Shown: positions 1 through 10,002, counted from the stretch's first letter. The stretch: DNA of 32,000 nt from Pyrolobus fumarii 1A (GCF_000223395.1 NC_015931.1:1080001-1112000); one strand, 5' to 3'. Numbers and translations: made by a program. The notes: a model not told the origin generated them from the letters alone.

Positions 1-1283
1 TCGTACTCTAGTATCTCGAAGACGTCGGTTATCCTCCTCTCGATCCTGCCCTGCGGGTTCTCCGGGGTGCGTATCCTCACACGCTTGATGATAATCGCGA
101 GGTTCATGAGCGGGATGTAGCCGGGCGGGATGTTCATGGGCGGGGAGGTTAGCCTCTTCACAGCTGCTTCGACCGACTCAGCGTGGAGCGTCGTGAGGCC
201 GCCGTGGCCGGTGGCTATAGCCTGGAAGAGGACGTAAGCCTCCTCGCCACGCACCTCACCCACGATTATCACGTCTGGCCTGTAACGCAGGCTCACCTTT
301 ACCAGGTCGAAGAGAGTAACCTCGCCTACCTTCTCGGCGCCAATGCCGTAGCTGGGCCTCGCTACTAGCTGTACCCAGTTCTCGAGGGGTATCTTGAGCT
401 CCGGGGTATCCTCGATAGTCACCACCTTTATCGTCGGACGGAAGAGGGTGGCCAGCGCGTTGAGTGTGGTGGTCTTGCCGGAGCCGGTCACGCCCATGAC
501 CATCGCGGTTAGCTTGTTCTCCATGGCTATCCAGAGGTAGGCTGCAATCTCGGCTGTCAGCGTCTTCCTCCTAATCATCTCGGCTATGGTGACCGGCTGC
601 TCCCTGAACTTACGGATGGTGAACGTCGAGCCTTTGGTCGAAACCTCCTTCTTGAACGTTGCTGCGAGACGGTGGCCGCCCGGTAGTATAGCGTCTAGTA
701 TCGGGAAGGCTGTGGAGATGTGCTTGCCCGAGATGTGCGCGAGCCTCAGCACGTACTCGTCGAGCTCGTCGTGCGACCGGAACACTATGTTCGTGGGGAC
801 GCTCTCATACTTACGGTGCCAGACGTACACTGGTATCCCGACGCCGTTGCAGCTGATATCCTCGATGTACGGGTCCCTCATCAGCGGGTCGATAGGCCCG
901 AATCCGATGACGTCACGCTCGATGTAGTACATTATCTTGTGCCAGGAGACGCCCGGCACGTCGCCAAGTGATATCCGGAACTTGTGGATAACACGCCTAG
1001 CCTCCTCGCGGAGGTACTCGCGCGGATCCTCAACCTCCTCTGGCAGCTTAAGCTCCCACTGGAGCGCCTCAACGATCCTCTTGAATATCCTCCTCTCTCG
1101 CCTGGTCAACGGGAGCTCATCCACACAGTACTTGTAGCCACCCGTCTCGACGTTCCGGAGTATCACGGCGTAGGCGTACGGCTCGTAGAGGGGGTAGCGC
1201 TCGACGACCTCGTACCCCCGCTCGATGCAACCTCTCTGCTCGCTAGTAGCCCCCTCAGCCTCGACAGCCTCCGCTCTAGCCAC
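1..1283 (-). CDS. Type IV pilus/archaellum-family secretion ATPase (FlaI/PilB/VirB11 superfamily); C-terminus runs off the window
   Basis: Absent from the ORF track because the window edge truncates it. My minus-strand translation reads ...YPLYEPYAYAVILRNVETGGYKYCVDELPLTRRERRIF...GPIDPLMRDPYIEDISCNGVGIPVYVWHRKYESVPTN...TIRKFREQPVTIAEMIRRKTLTAEIAAYLWIAMENKLTAMVMGVTGSGKTTTLNAL (Walker A at about 469-495)...RPDVIIVGEVRGEEAYVLFQAIATGHGGLTTLHAES (Walker B and His box). The only in-frame start above the conserved N-domain is GTG at 1283; the upstream in-frame stop is at 1335-1337. Confidence 0.85.
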   Translation of the reverse strand, partial: MARAEAVEAEGATSEQRGCIERGYEVVERYPLYEPYAYAVILRNVETGGYKYCVDELPLTRRERRIFKRIVEALQWELKLPEEVEDPREYLREEARRVIHKFRISLGDVPGVSWHKIMYYIERDVIGFGPIDPLMRDPYIEDISCNGVGIPVYVWHRKYESVPTNIVFRSHDELDEYVLRLAHISGKHISTAFPILDAILPGGHRLAATFKKEVSTKGSTFTIRKFREQPVTIAEMIRRKTLTAEIAAYLWIAMENKLTAMVMGVTGSGKTTTLNALATLFRPTIKVVTIEDTPELKIPLENWVQLVARPSYGIGAEKVGEVTLFDLVKVSLRYRPDVIIVGEVRGEEAYVLFQAIATGHGGLTTLHAESVEAAVKRLTSPPMNIPPGYIPLMNLAIIIKRVRIRTPENPQGRIERRITDVFEILEY

Positions 1284-1413
1284 GGCTACACCCCTACACT
1301 GTGTACACCGGACGCTCAGAACTCCCCATAGTGGCTATCGGCGGGGTAGGAAATGTCGGGAGTCGTTAGAGTTTAGGTAGGGTGTGCACCGCCAGTGTGA
1401 CCGGGATTATGGT

Positions 1414-4400
1414 ATGGCTGTTAGGCTCGCCGCGCTGATAGTAGCCACTCTAATCACGCTTATCCTCCACGTGGTTGTTGCCCACGCCCAGCTACCCCCC
1501 TACAAGCCCCCCTATATCGAGGTGCAGGTGCCGGGGCGCGTAGCCACAGAGTACTTCGACGGCGGCAAGCTCTGGGTGGTGTACGAGCAGGGCGGCGAGA
1601 CGCACATAGCACTCTACACGCTGGTTGGGGGTGTGCCCGTCCAGCAGTGGGTTAGTAGTGTGCCAGGCGAGCCCATTGCAACAGCGACGACCGACGACCT
1701 TAGCCTGCTGGCCGTGGCGACCAGCGCCAAGAAGATAGTCGTGTATGATGTGAGCGGGCTGCCCATCCTCGAGATAGAGCGTGGCGTGCGCGGCAAACCG
1801 CTCTACGTCGCGCTCGCCTCGAGGAGCGGCGGCAAGGTAGATACTCTCATCGTCGTCGAGGTTGTCGGAGGCTCCTCGTACTGGGTTTACGCCTACGCCC
1901 TTGACAGGCCGGCTGCGAGGAGGGCTGAGCTCTGGCTCCCCGTACCCTCAGACCTCACGCTGGACAGGTTCAAGGTTGTCCCGGTGCGCGTGGCTGCGCG
2001 CGAGACCGCCGAGCCGGAGATAGCCGTTGTGCGCGTAGTGAACGTGGAGCTGAACTACACTGGGACGGTGGTAGAGGGTGACTATGCGCTAGTCGCCGAG
2101 GTGTATCGCGTCACGGATGCCCCCGGTGGCCTCGTCTTCGTGAAGAGCATGGCTGGCAACGTGACCCTAGGCTACGAGGTCGGCCGCGAGCCCTACACGA
2201 TATCGAGTATAGACTCTGTAGTCGTCTACCGGTTCGAGGGGAGCGACACGCTATACCTGCTCGCGAGCCTAACGCTCCAGCAGGCTAGCGTCCCCGGGGT
2301 CACGAAGACCCAGCTACCAGGCAACATCTACGGCTTCGTCGTCGCTGACCTCTCGAGGAACGAGAGTATAGTCCGCTACGAGGATAGCAGCGTGGGCACC
2401 CTCGACTTCTACCCGATGGCGGGGCCCGCCAGGTCCTTCGCCGTGACAAGCGACGGCGGGATAATCGCGGTCGGCTCGAGCGACTATAACGTCTACATGT
2501 TCTTCCGTGGGGTGGACGCCTACCGGGTCCGCTACTCGATTAGCCTCGGGAGTAGCGTGACAACCGTTGACATGACCCCGATTGGCAACCTGGTGGTGGC
2601 GGGTGCCAGCAACGGCGCGCTCTACGCCTTCAACGGCGGCGACGGCGAGATCTACTGGAGTCTACCCTCCCAGAGCAGCGTCACATCAGCTACCATCACT
2701 GCCAGCTACGCGGCTTTCGGCACCGAGGGCGGCCGCGTGATAGCCTTCACCAACCCGCGCGTCAAGCTCTACTATCTCGGCGTGCAGCTCAACCTTACGA
2801 ACGCCCCCGACTACGTCCTAGAGGCGACCACCAACATAACAGTCGTGGGCGTCTACCACGCGATGCTGGTTAACATTAGCGTCTCGGGCGTGACCAGCGA
2901 GCTTGTCGAGAGGCCCTTCTTTGCTCTCCTGCCGGCCGCCAACTACACGCTGATAGTCGATAACGAGGTCCTAGGCGTGGTGGTCTACAGCGTCACCCTC
3001 TCGGCCAACGTGGTCTACTGGCTGCAACCCGAGGCGTTCAAACTACCAGTCTACACGTTGACCGTGTGCCTCCTCGACACTATCACCCGGGGGCCGCCGG
3101 CGGACGCCCTCCTGAGGATAGAGCAGGTGCCCTTCCCCGGGCAGAACGAGACAAGCCTCGCCGTGTACACCCTCCCGTTCAACGAGACCGGGTGCGCCTC
3201 AGCGAGGCTACCACGCGGCTACTACACCATAGGGCTCCTCTCCTGGCGCTACCCCCCGGTGATAGAGGGGGCGCCACACACGATCAGGTTGTGGAGCGAC
3301 ACTCTCATCCGTGGCAACGTGACGCCCTACACGGCGAGGGTGACGGTCAGCGTCGCCACTAGCTACGGTATGCCCCTGGCGGGCGCCACGGTCACACTCT
3401 ACGACCCAACCACCGGCCTAGAGTATAACGCGACGACGAGCGGCACCGGCACGGTTGTAATCGACGGCGTGGCTTACGGCGCCTATCGGGTTAGGATACA
3501 CCACCCCCACATGAAGCCCTACGAGACGCGCCTCCTCGTCAACGAGAGTAGTGTCGCGCTAAGCGCCACGCTGAAACCAGAGACATACTTCGTCACGATA
3601 ATGGCCGTTGATGCCGAGACTGGGGCCCCGGTGGAGGGCCTAACCATCAAGATAACCAGGGTGTTCGACGGGTACACTGTGAGCGTCACTGTCGAGAAGA
3701 GCTATTACATCGCGAGGCTCGAGTACGGCGAGTACCGTGTGGAGATAGTGAAGACGGGCTACCAGCCCTACACGGCGAGCTTCACAGCAGACCATGATAT
3801 GAGGATCGAGGCCCGCCTCACGCCAATACTCTACACGGTGACAATCCAGGTGGTTGACAGCCTCTACCAGAGGAGCCTCCCCGCCCGCATAGTGGTGTTC
3901 AACCCGGAGACGGGTAGGAGGCTCGAGAGTGTAACCGCGACGGGGGTCGCGACGCTACAGCTGAGAGCCGGGAGCTACGTGCTACGCGCCTACTCGCCCT
4001 ACGCCCACCCAGCCACAAAGACGTTCATCGTGCCGGGAGCCGACCGTATCGTCGTCGAGCTGGTGCCCCGCAACTTCACGGTAGTAGTGACCCCCATTGA
4101 CTCCCTCGCGGATGTGCCAATAGCGCTGCTCGGGTACAACGCGAGTGGCGTAATAGAGTGTAGCGACACCGGCGAGTGGAGCATGGAGTGGGTGAACGGG
4201 AGCCTAGTAGCGACGCTACCCTACTCGAGGGGCTGTAGGGTCACCATCCAAGCCCCGTACTACAACCCGCTCGTCGAGACGATAGGCGACATTGGGGCCA
4301 ACACGACGCTGAGGGTCGCGCTCGAGCCGGTGCTCTACACGCTCGTTATACGCGCTCGGAGCGAGTACGGGATACCCACGTCCTTCAACGCCACGGTGAC

Positions 4401-5706
4401 TGGCGGGCCCCTAAACGAGAGGTTCACCGTCTCTGGGCGTGGGGAGGCGACCCTAAGGCTGAGGCCCGGCGTCTACACGGTACGCGTCACCGCCAAGTAC
4501 CACGAGGCTAACGAGACGAGGGTTGTAGTCGAGGGGGACACTAGCGTAACCGTGACGCTACCCCTCCGAGTCTACACGGTAACCCTCCGCGCCATAGACT
4601 CGACGACCGGCAACCTCGTCACCGGCGCCACGGCGGTATTGACGAGAGTCGCGCCAACACAATCCAAGCCCGTCGTACTAGACCTCCGCGCCGGCACGGC
4701 GAGGATCCCGCTAACCTGGGGCACCTACAAGGTCAGGATCAGCGCACCAGGATACGCCGAGAAGACAGTGACGTTCACGGTGCCAGAGGCTACTAGCGTC
4801 GCCGTCCCACTAGACCCGCTCACATTCACGCTAAGGCTGCGAGTCGTCGACGCCCTCACCAACGAGCCCATCGGGAACGCGACGGTCATGATATTCGGTG
4901 TGCGGACCGGCACAGCAGTCAAGGCGCTAACCGACAAGACGGGTAGCCTAAAGCTAAGCCTGCGCAGCGACACCTACAGGATAGTCGTGCTGGCAGAGTA
5001 CCACCTCGGCGCCGAGAGGCAGGTAACCCTCCTCAACGATACGGAGCTCACCGTCAAGCTAGAGCCCGTGAAGTACACGCTGACGCTCAGAGTGAGCGAC
5101 GGCGTGACGCTCAAACCCTTCACGGGCAAGTGGTATGCGGTGTTCGAGAGGAAGGAGGGAGGCTTCAAAGAGAACATGACCTTCGAGGGCCCGGAGGCTG
5201 TGGTCCAACTCCCCTACGGCACCTATAAGGTCGTGCTAGGCGCGCCGAGGTACGACAAGAACGTGTTGAACGTGGAGCTGTACAACGATACGACCCTCAA
5301 AGCGGCGATACCCAGGAAGAGGTACACCGTTACGATAAAGGTGCTAGACGCTAGAGGCTCACCCGTCCCCAACGCGATAGTCACGCTAACCCTCACAGAG
5401 ACCGGCGCCCAGCTCTACACCGGGGTGACCGGCGACGACGGCACGGTCACACCAAGCCTACCGTGGGGCACGTACAGGCTCACCATCGAGGCGGGAGGCT
5501 ACCACCCATACACGACCATCGTCACGGTCAAAGAGGAGGGCCAGACGATACCAGCGATGATACGCCCAACGCTAGCCAAGATAATCCTAGACCTACTCCC
5601 AGCGATAATAATCGCAGGCGCGGTGATAGGCTCGGCAGCGTGGATAGGGATCAGGGTGCGCAGGAAACCAGTCAGCCTAGAGCTGCTAGAGGAGGAAAGC
5701 GAGTAA
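1414..5706 (+). CDS. Giant membrane-anchored surface protein, probably glycosylated: N-terminal signal/TM, beta-propeller-like region, at least 9 tandem Ig-like (CarboxypepD_reg/prealbumin-like) repeats, C-terminal TM anchor
   Basis: ORF track gives 1384..5706 (GTG). The ATG at 1414 gives MAVRLAALIVATLITLILHVVVAHAQ (signal/TM), so 1414 is preferred. Residues ~60-460 carry repeated strand motifs (LLAVATSAKKIVVYD, IIAVGSSDYNVYMF, LVVAGASNGALYAFNGGDGEIYWS, AAFGTEGGRVIAF) typical of PQQ/WD40-like propellers. Residues ~650-1390 carry ~85-aa repeats of the form Y[TF][VL]T[IL]..[VI]D..TG.P...A.V....T...G...L.L..G.Y.V.V...GY. N-x-S/T sequons are abundant. The C-terminus is IILDLLPAIIIAGAVIGSAAWIGI followed by RVRRKP. 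Confidence 0.8.
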   Translation: MAVRLAALIVATLITLILHVVVAHAQLPPYKPPYIEVQVPGRVATEYFDGGKLWVVYEQGGETHIALYTLVGGVPVQQWVSSVPGEPIATATTDDLSLLAVATSAKKIVVYDVSGLPILEIERGVRGKPLYVALASRSGGKVDTLIVVEVVGGSSYWVYAYALDRPAARRAELWLPVPSDLTLDRFKVVPVRVAARETAEPEIAVVRVVNVELNYTGTVVEGDYALVAEVYRVTDAPGGLVFVKSMAGNVTLGYEVGREPYTISSIDSVVVYRFEGSDTLYLLASLTLQQASVPGVTKTQLPGNIYGFVVADLSRNESIVRYEDSSVGTLDFYPMAGPARSFAVTSDGGIIAVGSSDYNVYMFFRGVDAYRVRYSISLGSSVTTVDMTPIGNLVVAGASNGALYAFNGGDGEIYWSLPSQSSVTSATITASYAAFGTEGGRVIAFTNPRVKLYYLGVQLNLTNAPDYVLEATTNITVVGVYHAMLVNISVSGVTSELVERPFFALLPAANYTLIVDNEVLGVVVYSVTLSANVVYWLQPEAFKLPVYTLTVCLLDTITRGPPADALLRIEQVPFPGQNETSLAVYTLPFNETGCASARLPRGYYTIGLLSWRYPPVIEGAPHTIRLWSDTLIRGNVTPYTARVTVSVATSYGMPLAGATVTLYDPTTGLEYNATTSGTGTVVIDGVAYGAYRVRIHHPHMKPYETRLLVNESSVALSATLKPETYFVTIMAVDAETGAPVEGLTIKITRVFDGYTVSVTVEKSYYIARLEYGEYRVEIVKTGYQPYTASFTADHDMRIEARLTPILYTVTIQVVDSLYQRSLPARIVVFNPETGRRLESVTATGVATLQLRAGSYVLRAYSPYAHPATKTFIVPGADRIVVELVPRNFTVVVTPIDSLADVPIALLGYNASGVIECSDTGEWSMEWVNGSLVATLPYSRGCRVTIQAPYYNPLVETIGDIGANTTLRVALEPVLYTLVIRARSEYGIPTSFNATVTGGPLNERFTVSGRGEATLRLRPGVYTVRVTAKYHEANETRVVVEGDTSVTVTLPLRVYTVTLRAIDSTTGNLVTGATAVLTRVAPTQSKPVVLDLRAGTARIPLTWGTYKVRISAPGYAEKTVTFTVPEATSVAVPLDPLTFTLRLRVVDALTNEPIGNATVMIFGVRTGTAVKALTDKTGSLKLSLRSDTYRIVVLAEYHLGAERQVTLLNDTELTVKLEPVKYTLTLRVSDGVTLKPFTGKWYAVFERKEGGFKENMTFEGPEAVVQLPYGTYKVVLGAPRYDKNVLNVELYNDTTLKAAIPRKRYTVTIKVLDARGSPVPNAIVTLTLTETGAQLYTGVTGDDGTVTPSLPWGTYRLTIEAGGYHPYTTIVTVKEEGQTIPAMIRPTLAKIILDLLPAIIIAGAVIGSAAWIGIRVRRKPVSLELLEEESE

Positions 5707-5746
5707 CCCCCGCAGTCGCCACACGCCCACCATACACTTGTAGAGT

Positions 5747-5968
5747 CTAGCTCTGCTCTCCGCCCTCGCCATGCACCCTGTTAAGCTCCTCAATAACCCT
5801 CTTAACGATCTCGAGCGTATCGGGGGTAAGCGGAGCCTCGACAAGAACCCCATTCACCTCCAAGACCAGACGCACACCCATCCACACCACCTCCAGCCTA
5901 GAACCAGGCACGACACCATCCCCAGGCACCCACCACCGCAAGTAAATACACAAGCAGCAACACGCCAC
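5747..5968 (-). CDS. Small hypothetical protein. The real start may be the internal ATG at 5881, giving 44 aa (MGVRLVLEVNGVLVEAPLTPDTLEIVKRVIEELNRVHG...)
   Basis: ORF track only; no recognisable motif. Convergent with the giant surface-protein gene. The N-terminal Cys/Trp-rich part looks non-genic. Confidence 0.2.
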   Translation of the reverse strand: MACCCLCIYLRWWVPGDGVVPGSRLEVVWMGVRLVLEVNGVLVEAPLTPDTLEIVKRVIEELNRVHGEGGEQS

Positions 5969-6787
5969 GACATATAATGAAGAGTAACACAGATAGGTTA
6001 TGACGCTCTACAATCAGGAGAGAACCAGCCCCGGCTAGTAAAGACCCTATAGTAGGTATGAATGTAGTTATGTATCGAAGGTGAGCAATAGGGCTTATCG
6101 CGAAGAAGATGGGTTTGAATCTACGTGTTGTCGAGTTTTTCGCTGAGCATGGAGTTGAGGAATCTTGTCGCCGAGCTAGGCTACCAACTGGAATTATTGC
6201 TCGACATTGCCGAGGTGTACGCTAGGAGGCCTGAAGACTACATACTCGGCTGGAGACAAGCTCCTTAGAGAGTTGGGTGGCAAGCCCCCGGAGAACCGGC
6301 TCCGGGAAGCTATCGAGTACATCATAAACTCCATTCAACCAAGAAGCCCATAGAATATAACGCTCGCATCCGCGCCGCTGAACCCTATCCCGCCACAGGA
6401 GGGGGTACAGACACACCCACCGGTAGACGACAGCCTTAGAAGCAGGCTAGCGGAAGGCGCGTATACATACGTACGTCAATTTCAACTGGGACAATCCCGC
6501 GGAGGAATTGACCTCAGTATTGAAGCGACTAACCTCAACTATAGCTTATGCCCTGGCGAGCTGATTTATTGCATCATGGTCGGCTATGGGTATTGGATAG
6601 TGGTCTAGGCTTAGAGTGGGACGGGAACCCGGATGTATTATCGTCGAAGCTTGTCACGCCTAGTCACAATGAGTATAGTGCAGAGGTTCACGGCTATGGT
6701 CGCTGCGAGGGGAGTTAGCCATGCTAGTATCAGCGCTATGGGGTTCTGGAGGAGGTTATACAACCATGTCACGATGACCACCCTCTA

Positions 6788-7885
6788 CTAGGGCCTTTCC
6801 GGAAGGATAAATACGTATAGTATGTGGTTGTCGAACAACACCAGGTCGTTAAACTCTAGGTCTATACTCTCACCGCTTCTCACTATGAGTTTCTCGCCTC
6901 TCCTAAACACGACAAGATCCGTATACGCGTACATACTTGTGCCCCTCACATGCCTCTTAACCGCGAGGTACACTGGTCGTCCATCAACACGTATAACGCC
7001 TCTAGAGCCTATGCTTACCTCGCCGTAACCTAGCGGCTTGTAAACACCATCTATAACGATATGAGGGACTAGCAGTTGCGGGTTAAAAGATGCAACAATC
7101 TTCAACAGCTGGAGAGGATCAAGGCTGTTACGATACTCGGGATCCAGCACCAGCTGTGTGAACAGTTCCAAGAGGCTACTTGGAGCGGGAGCCAACGAGA
7201 GCGCCTTGGCGAACTCTTTTGGGTCGCGTGGCGGGCTTAACCCGGTAACCAAGTAGTAGTATATGCCGGCAAGGCTGTAGAGATCGCAGCCAGAGCCGGG
7301 GGTCTCGCCGCCGAGAGCCTCTGGGCACGTATACCCTGGTGTTCCTGCCGCGAAGCCCGCAGCGTCAAAAGGTCGTGCAACACCAAAGTCGATGAACACC
7401 ATGCCACGCTTGGGAACTGGTATAACGTTACCCGGCTTTAGGTCGCAATGAGCAAAACCACGGCCGTGGATATGGACTAGCGATGCGAGTGTATAGAAGA
7501 CGGCTGTGACAGCCTTAAGGGGGTTCAAGCGGCCGACGGCGTTAAGGCTCTTGTAGGGTATGTACTCTATCGCAACGAGCTTGACATCATCTAAGTCTAG
7601 ACGGGTATGCAGTCTGGGCACTATAGGCATATCGTGCAATACGCTCAGCACTTGCGCCTCGTTAGTTATTTGGCTAGTGCCGCTCCCCCAGCCAAGCTTG
7701 ACGATAACACGTTTATTCTGATACAGGGCTAGCAGAGTCATCCTGCCACGAGAGTTCTTTAGCAACCTGAGAGGCTGGAAGCCTAGAGTCGATAGCCTTG
7801 ACTCTATATCCCCTGGCATCATGGTGTACTCCCAGCTGTTAAGAAGCGTGTTGTGATGCTCGTCTTTAACCCTATGGAAGCTCAA
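6788..7885 (-). CDS. Hanks-type Ser/Thr protein kinase with a C-terminal degenerate FHA-like beta domain
   Basis: Kinase motifs: VIVK (beta3 Lys), NEAQVL (alphaC Glu), HCDLKPGN (catalytic loop), DFG, GTPGYTCPE (activation/APE). The C-terminal ~95 aa (HIVIDGVYKPLGYGEVSIGSRG...) align with the start of the FHA in 11242..12528 but have IGS instead of IGR and no S-x-x-H. TTG start at 7885 overlaps the PP2C stop by 14 nt; alternative ATG at 7822. Confidence 0.85.
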   Translation of the reverse strand: MSFHRVKDEHHNTLLNSWEYTMMPGDIESRLSTLGFQPLRLLKNSRGRMTLLALYQNKRVIVKLGWGSGTSQITNEAQVLSVLHDMPIVPRLHTRLDLDDVKLVAIEYIPYKSLNAVGRLNPLKAVTAVFYTLASLVHIHGRGFAHCDLKPGNVIPVPKRGMVFIDFGVARPFDAAGFAAGTPGYTCPEALGGETPGSGCDLYSLAGIYYYLVTGLSPPRDPKEFAKALSLAPAPSSLLELFTQLVLDPEYRNSLDPLQLLKIVASFNPQLLVPHIVIDGVYKPLGYGEVSIGSRGVIRVDGRPVYLAVKRHVRGTSMYAYTDLVVFRRGEKLIVRSGESIDLEFNDLVLFDNHILYVFILPERP

Positions 7886-8795
7886 CTATAATGACTGTGG
7901 CGTCGTCCGGTGGGCTGCCTCCGCTTCCCGACAGCAGCCTTCTCAGGATACGCTCTGCTGTCTCGTGGGGGTCCCTGGTCTCTGACACTATGCGCGATAA
8001 CTCCTCGTCATGCACATAATTATGGATGCCATCGCTAACAAGTAGTATTCTAGCGGGTCTATTCACCTTATGGTAGGAGTAGTAAGGTTCTGCTCGCCTA
8101 TCCTGTAAGCTTGAAACGACATTGGTGACCACGTTGGGATTCATGGGGTCTACGTGATCCTGCGTCAATAGCTTGAGCTTATTATTGGCATCGTGTATGT
8201 ATAGACGTGTGTTACCAACGTGTACAAGGAATACGTAATCACATAGTATCAGTGTACCTGTCAGCGTGGTTGCAGCGTAGATGGGTACACCCAGTGTCCT
8301 AGAGTACTCGGCCAGCTTGGCTTTGAGAGTCTCATCTGCCCCCTGAACACTTTGCATCAAGACGCCGCTGACAGCGATCGATATGTCTCTGAGTCTTCTC
8401 TCTAGTGCGTCACACGTTCTGGTCTTGCTATGCGCCTCCACCATACCAAGGATTTGGGGGAGTGAGAAAGTCACTGTGTTTAGAAAGTAGTCAATGACGG
8501 CCTTGGATGCTAGTGCGCCTAGACCGCCACCCGATACACCGTCAGCTATAGCAGCGATAACATACTCTATCTTGTCTCTCCCGATGTCAATGCGGCCAAG
8601 TTCACATCTCGCCTCATCTTCGTTCCAGTAGTGCCTGGCACCGCGAATGCTCTTAATTATACAGCGGGCTGTGCTGCGTGACGCAACGCTGCGTCTAACA
8701 GCCATTAGTGTAAGTGTACTCGTCGCTAGTGTAACCCAGGGTAGTGCGAGTGCAGCTGTCTCCAGGAGCATCGACATCACGCTACTCCACCTCAT
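7872..8795 (-). CDS. PP2C-family Ser/Thr protein phosphatase with N-terminal TM segment
   Basis: PP2C motifs in order: IADGVSGGGLGALAS, LVHVGNTRLY, LTQDH, LLVSDGIHNYV, DDATVIIV. N-terminal hydrophobic stretch is MSMLLETAALALPWVTLATSTLTLMAV. Its ATG overlaps the upstream stop (ATGA at 8792-8795). Confidence 0.85.
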   Translation of the reverse strand: MRWSSVMSMLLETAALALPWVTLATSTLTLMAVRRSVASRSTARCIIKSIRGARHYWNEDEARCELGRIDIGRDKIEYVIAAIADGVSGGGLGALASKAVIDYFLNTVTFSLPQILGMVEAHSKTRTCDALERRLRDISIAVSGVLMQSVQGADETLKAKLAEYSRTLGVPIYAATTLTGTLILCDYVFLVHVGNTRLYIHDANNKLKLLTQDHVDPMNPNVVTNVVSSLQDRRAEPYYSYHKVNRPARILLVSDGIHNYVHDEELSRIVSETRDPHETAERILRRLLSGSGGSPPDDATVIIVELP

Positions 8796-9277
8796 GAGAG
8801 GTAGACCTCGTTACCTGTCTGGTCTAGTGTCATACGAAGCCCGAGCTCATCGAGACCCTCTTGGAGCAGCTTGAGTATATTACTTACATTCTTGAAGCCG
8901 TATCTCTCCTTCACCTCGTTGAGATCAAGCCTACCTCTAAGCACTAGCTCCCCTATGAGCCTCTCACGTATATGCTCCTCGACAGCCTTAGCTTCGTTCT
9001 CAAATATCTTCGCGAGTATCTTGATAGCGAATATAAGCGCTAATAGCGTGACAAGAGGCACCACAGCCTCATTCACGTACGCCTTTATGCCGGTCATTAC
9101 GTCATTTGCTCTGGTCAACACGTCCAGCTTCACAATAGCATTATAAGCTAGCATTATAGTGAATAAAGCCTTTAATCCTATAGCAAGATACCCAAGAAAC
9201 TTGCCAAGTACCGAGATAATACCATAGTATCTTGCTATGGGCACAACCGGGCGCTGAACACTCTCCGCTATGCTCAA
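8792..9277 (-). CDS. Membrane protein (2 predicted TM) with C-terminal wHTH-like domain; paralogue of 10601..11221
   Basis: TM stretches YYGIISVLGKFLGYLAIGLKALFTIMLAY and VVPLVTLLALIFAIKILAKIF. The C-terminal GRLDLNEVKERYGFKNVSNILKLLQEGLDELGLRMTLDQTGNEVYL resembles a winged helix. TTG start is preceded by GAGGTGA (Shine-Dalgarno-like). Confidence 0.6.
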   Translation of the reverse strand: MSIAESVQRPVVPIARYYGIISVLGKFLGYLAIGLKALFTIMLAYNAIVKLDVLTRANDVMTGIKAYVNEAVVPLVTLLALIFAIKILAKIFENEAKAVEEHIRERLIGELVLRGRLDLNEVKERYGFKNVSNILKLLQEGLDELGLRMTLDQTGNEVYLS

Positions 9278-9290
9278 CCACCGCTCACCT

Positions 9291-9989
9291 CTAAGGCTGT
9301 TGAGACTGTTGCGACGATGGCATTAGGGGGGCCGCAAACTTAAAGACGATGTTTATGACCCCCGCTGGCGATATCACGTCGCCATCTTTGAGTTGTATCC
9401 AGCCTCTGCCTTTGATTGGCTGGTTGTTGAGAAACGTCGGATTTGTGCTGTAATCGTCGCGTATGTAGCATATTATCGTGTTAATGTCGCGAATCTCGCA
9501 CCATATCCGGAACTGCCCGCCCTTCTCCCTCCTCGTGATATACCTTATGTACGGCTCTGGAATCAGCCCCTCGAAGTCCTCACGACCGAACACTCTGCTC
9601 TTCTCGTACACCTCTATGTACCTACCATCGGGGAAGATCAGGCGGTATGGTATTGGCAACTCCATTGTGGTTGGCAGCGTTGAGCGGCCTACACCGTGCT
9701 GTTGCACCGGCTGGGGGGTCAGAGAGGCAACCACAGTCTCGCTGGAGGATACGGCTGTGGGTCGTGACATGGAGACGGTCTGTGGTGTGTGTTGTGAGGA
9801 GGAGTATGCAGGTGGAGGTGCTTGCTGGTCTCCACCCCGCTGGTAGTATTGCGCGAATGTCGCGCTCATAACTCTAGTCTCATCTAGTCTAGCCCCACAG
9901 TTTTGACAGTAGATGGCATCAGGCGGGTTTGCATAACCACATGCCGGGCAGCGTTTTCTACCAGCCGCATTGAAGTGGTACGAGGACAT
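9291..9989 (-). CDS. Zn-ribbon plus FHA-domain protein (ArnA-like architecture)
   Basis: N-terminal CPACGYANPPDAIYCQNCGARL (C-x2-C...C-x2-C), then an S/T/P/Q-rich linker. C-terminal FHA motifs: RVFGRED...YITRRE...ICYIRDDYSTNPTFLNNQPI...DGDVI. The ORF track extends to 10043, but the ATG at 9989 (MSSYHF...) avoids overlap with the upstream gene ending at 10003. Confidence 0.8.
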   Translation of the reverse strand: MSSYHFNAAGRKRCPACGYANPPDAIYCQNCGARLDETRVMSATFAQYYQRGGDQQAPPPAYSSSQHTPQTVSMSRPTAVSSSETVVASLTPQPVQQHGVGRSTLPTTMELPIPYRLIFPDGRYIEVYEKSRVFGREDFEGLIPEPYIRYITRREKGGQFRIWCEIRDINTIICYIRDDYSTNPTFLNNQPIKGRGWIQLKDGDVISPAGVINIVFKFAAPLMPSSQQSQQP

Positions 9990-10002
9990 GTATCCCACCC
10001 CT

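Noticed and set aside
183-1331. Plus-strand ORFs 183..368, 586..927, 720..971, 937..1137 and 984..1331
   Set aside because: All are antisense to the strongly supported FlaI/PilB-type ATPase reading frame. Their products are low-complexity, Ser/Arg/Leu-rich, and carry no motifs.
1614-5750. Short ORFs nested in or antisense to the giant surface-protein gene (1614..1796, 3066..3362, 3999..4184, 4725..5177, 5463..5750)
   Set aside because: These are alternative-frame artefacts of a long G+C-rich repeat-encoding gene. Their compositions are Arg/Pro/Gly- or Ser/Thr-rich, and the main frame is uninterrupted for 1440 codons.
6149-6370. Small ORF MELRNLVAELGYQLELLLDIAEVYARRPEDYI..., possibly continuing after a frameshift as ...LGDKLLRELGGKPPENRLREAIEYIINSIQPRSP
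   Set aside because: There is no recognisable family, and both pieces are under 40 codons. It lies in the AT-rich island border where random ORFs are frequent, so it cannot be supported.
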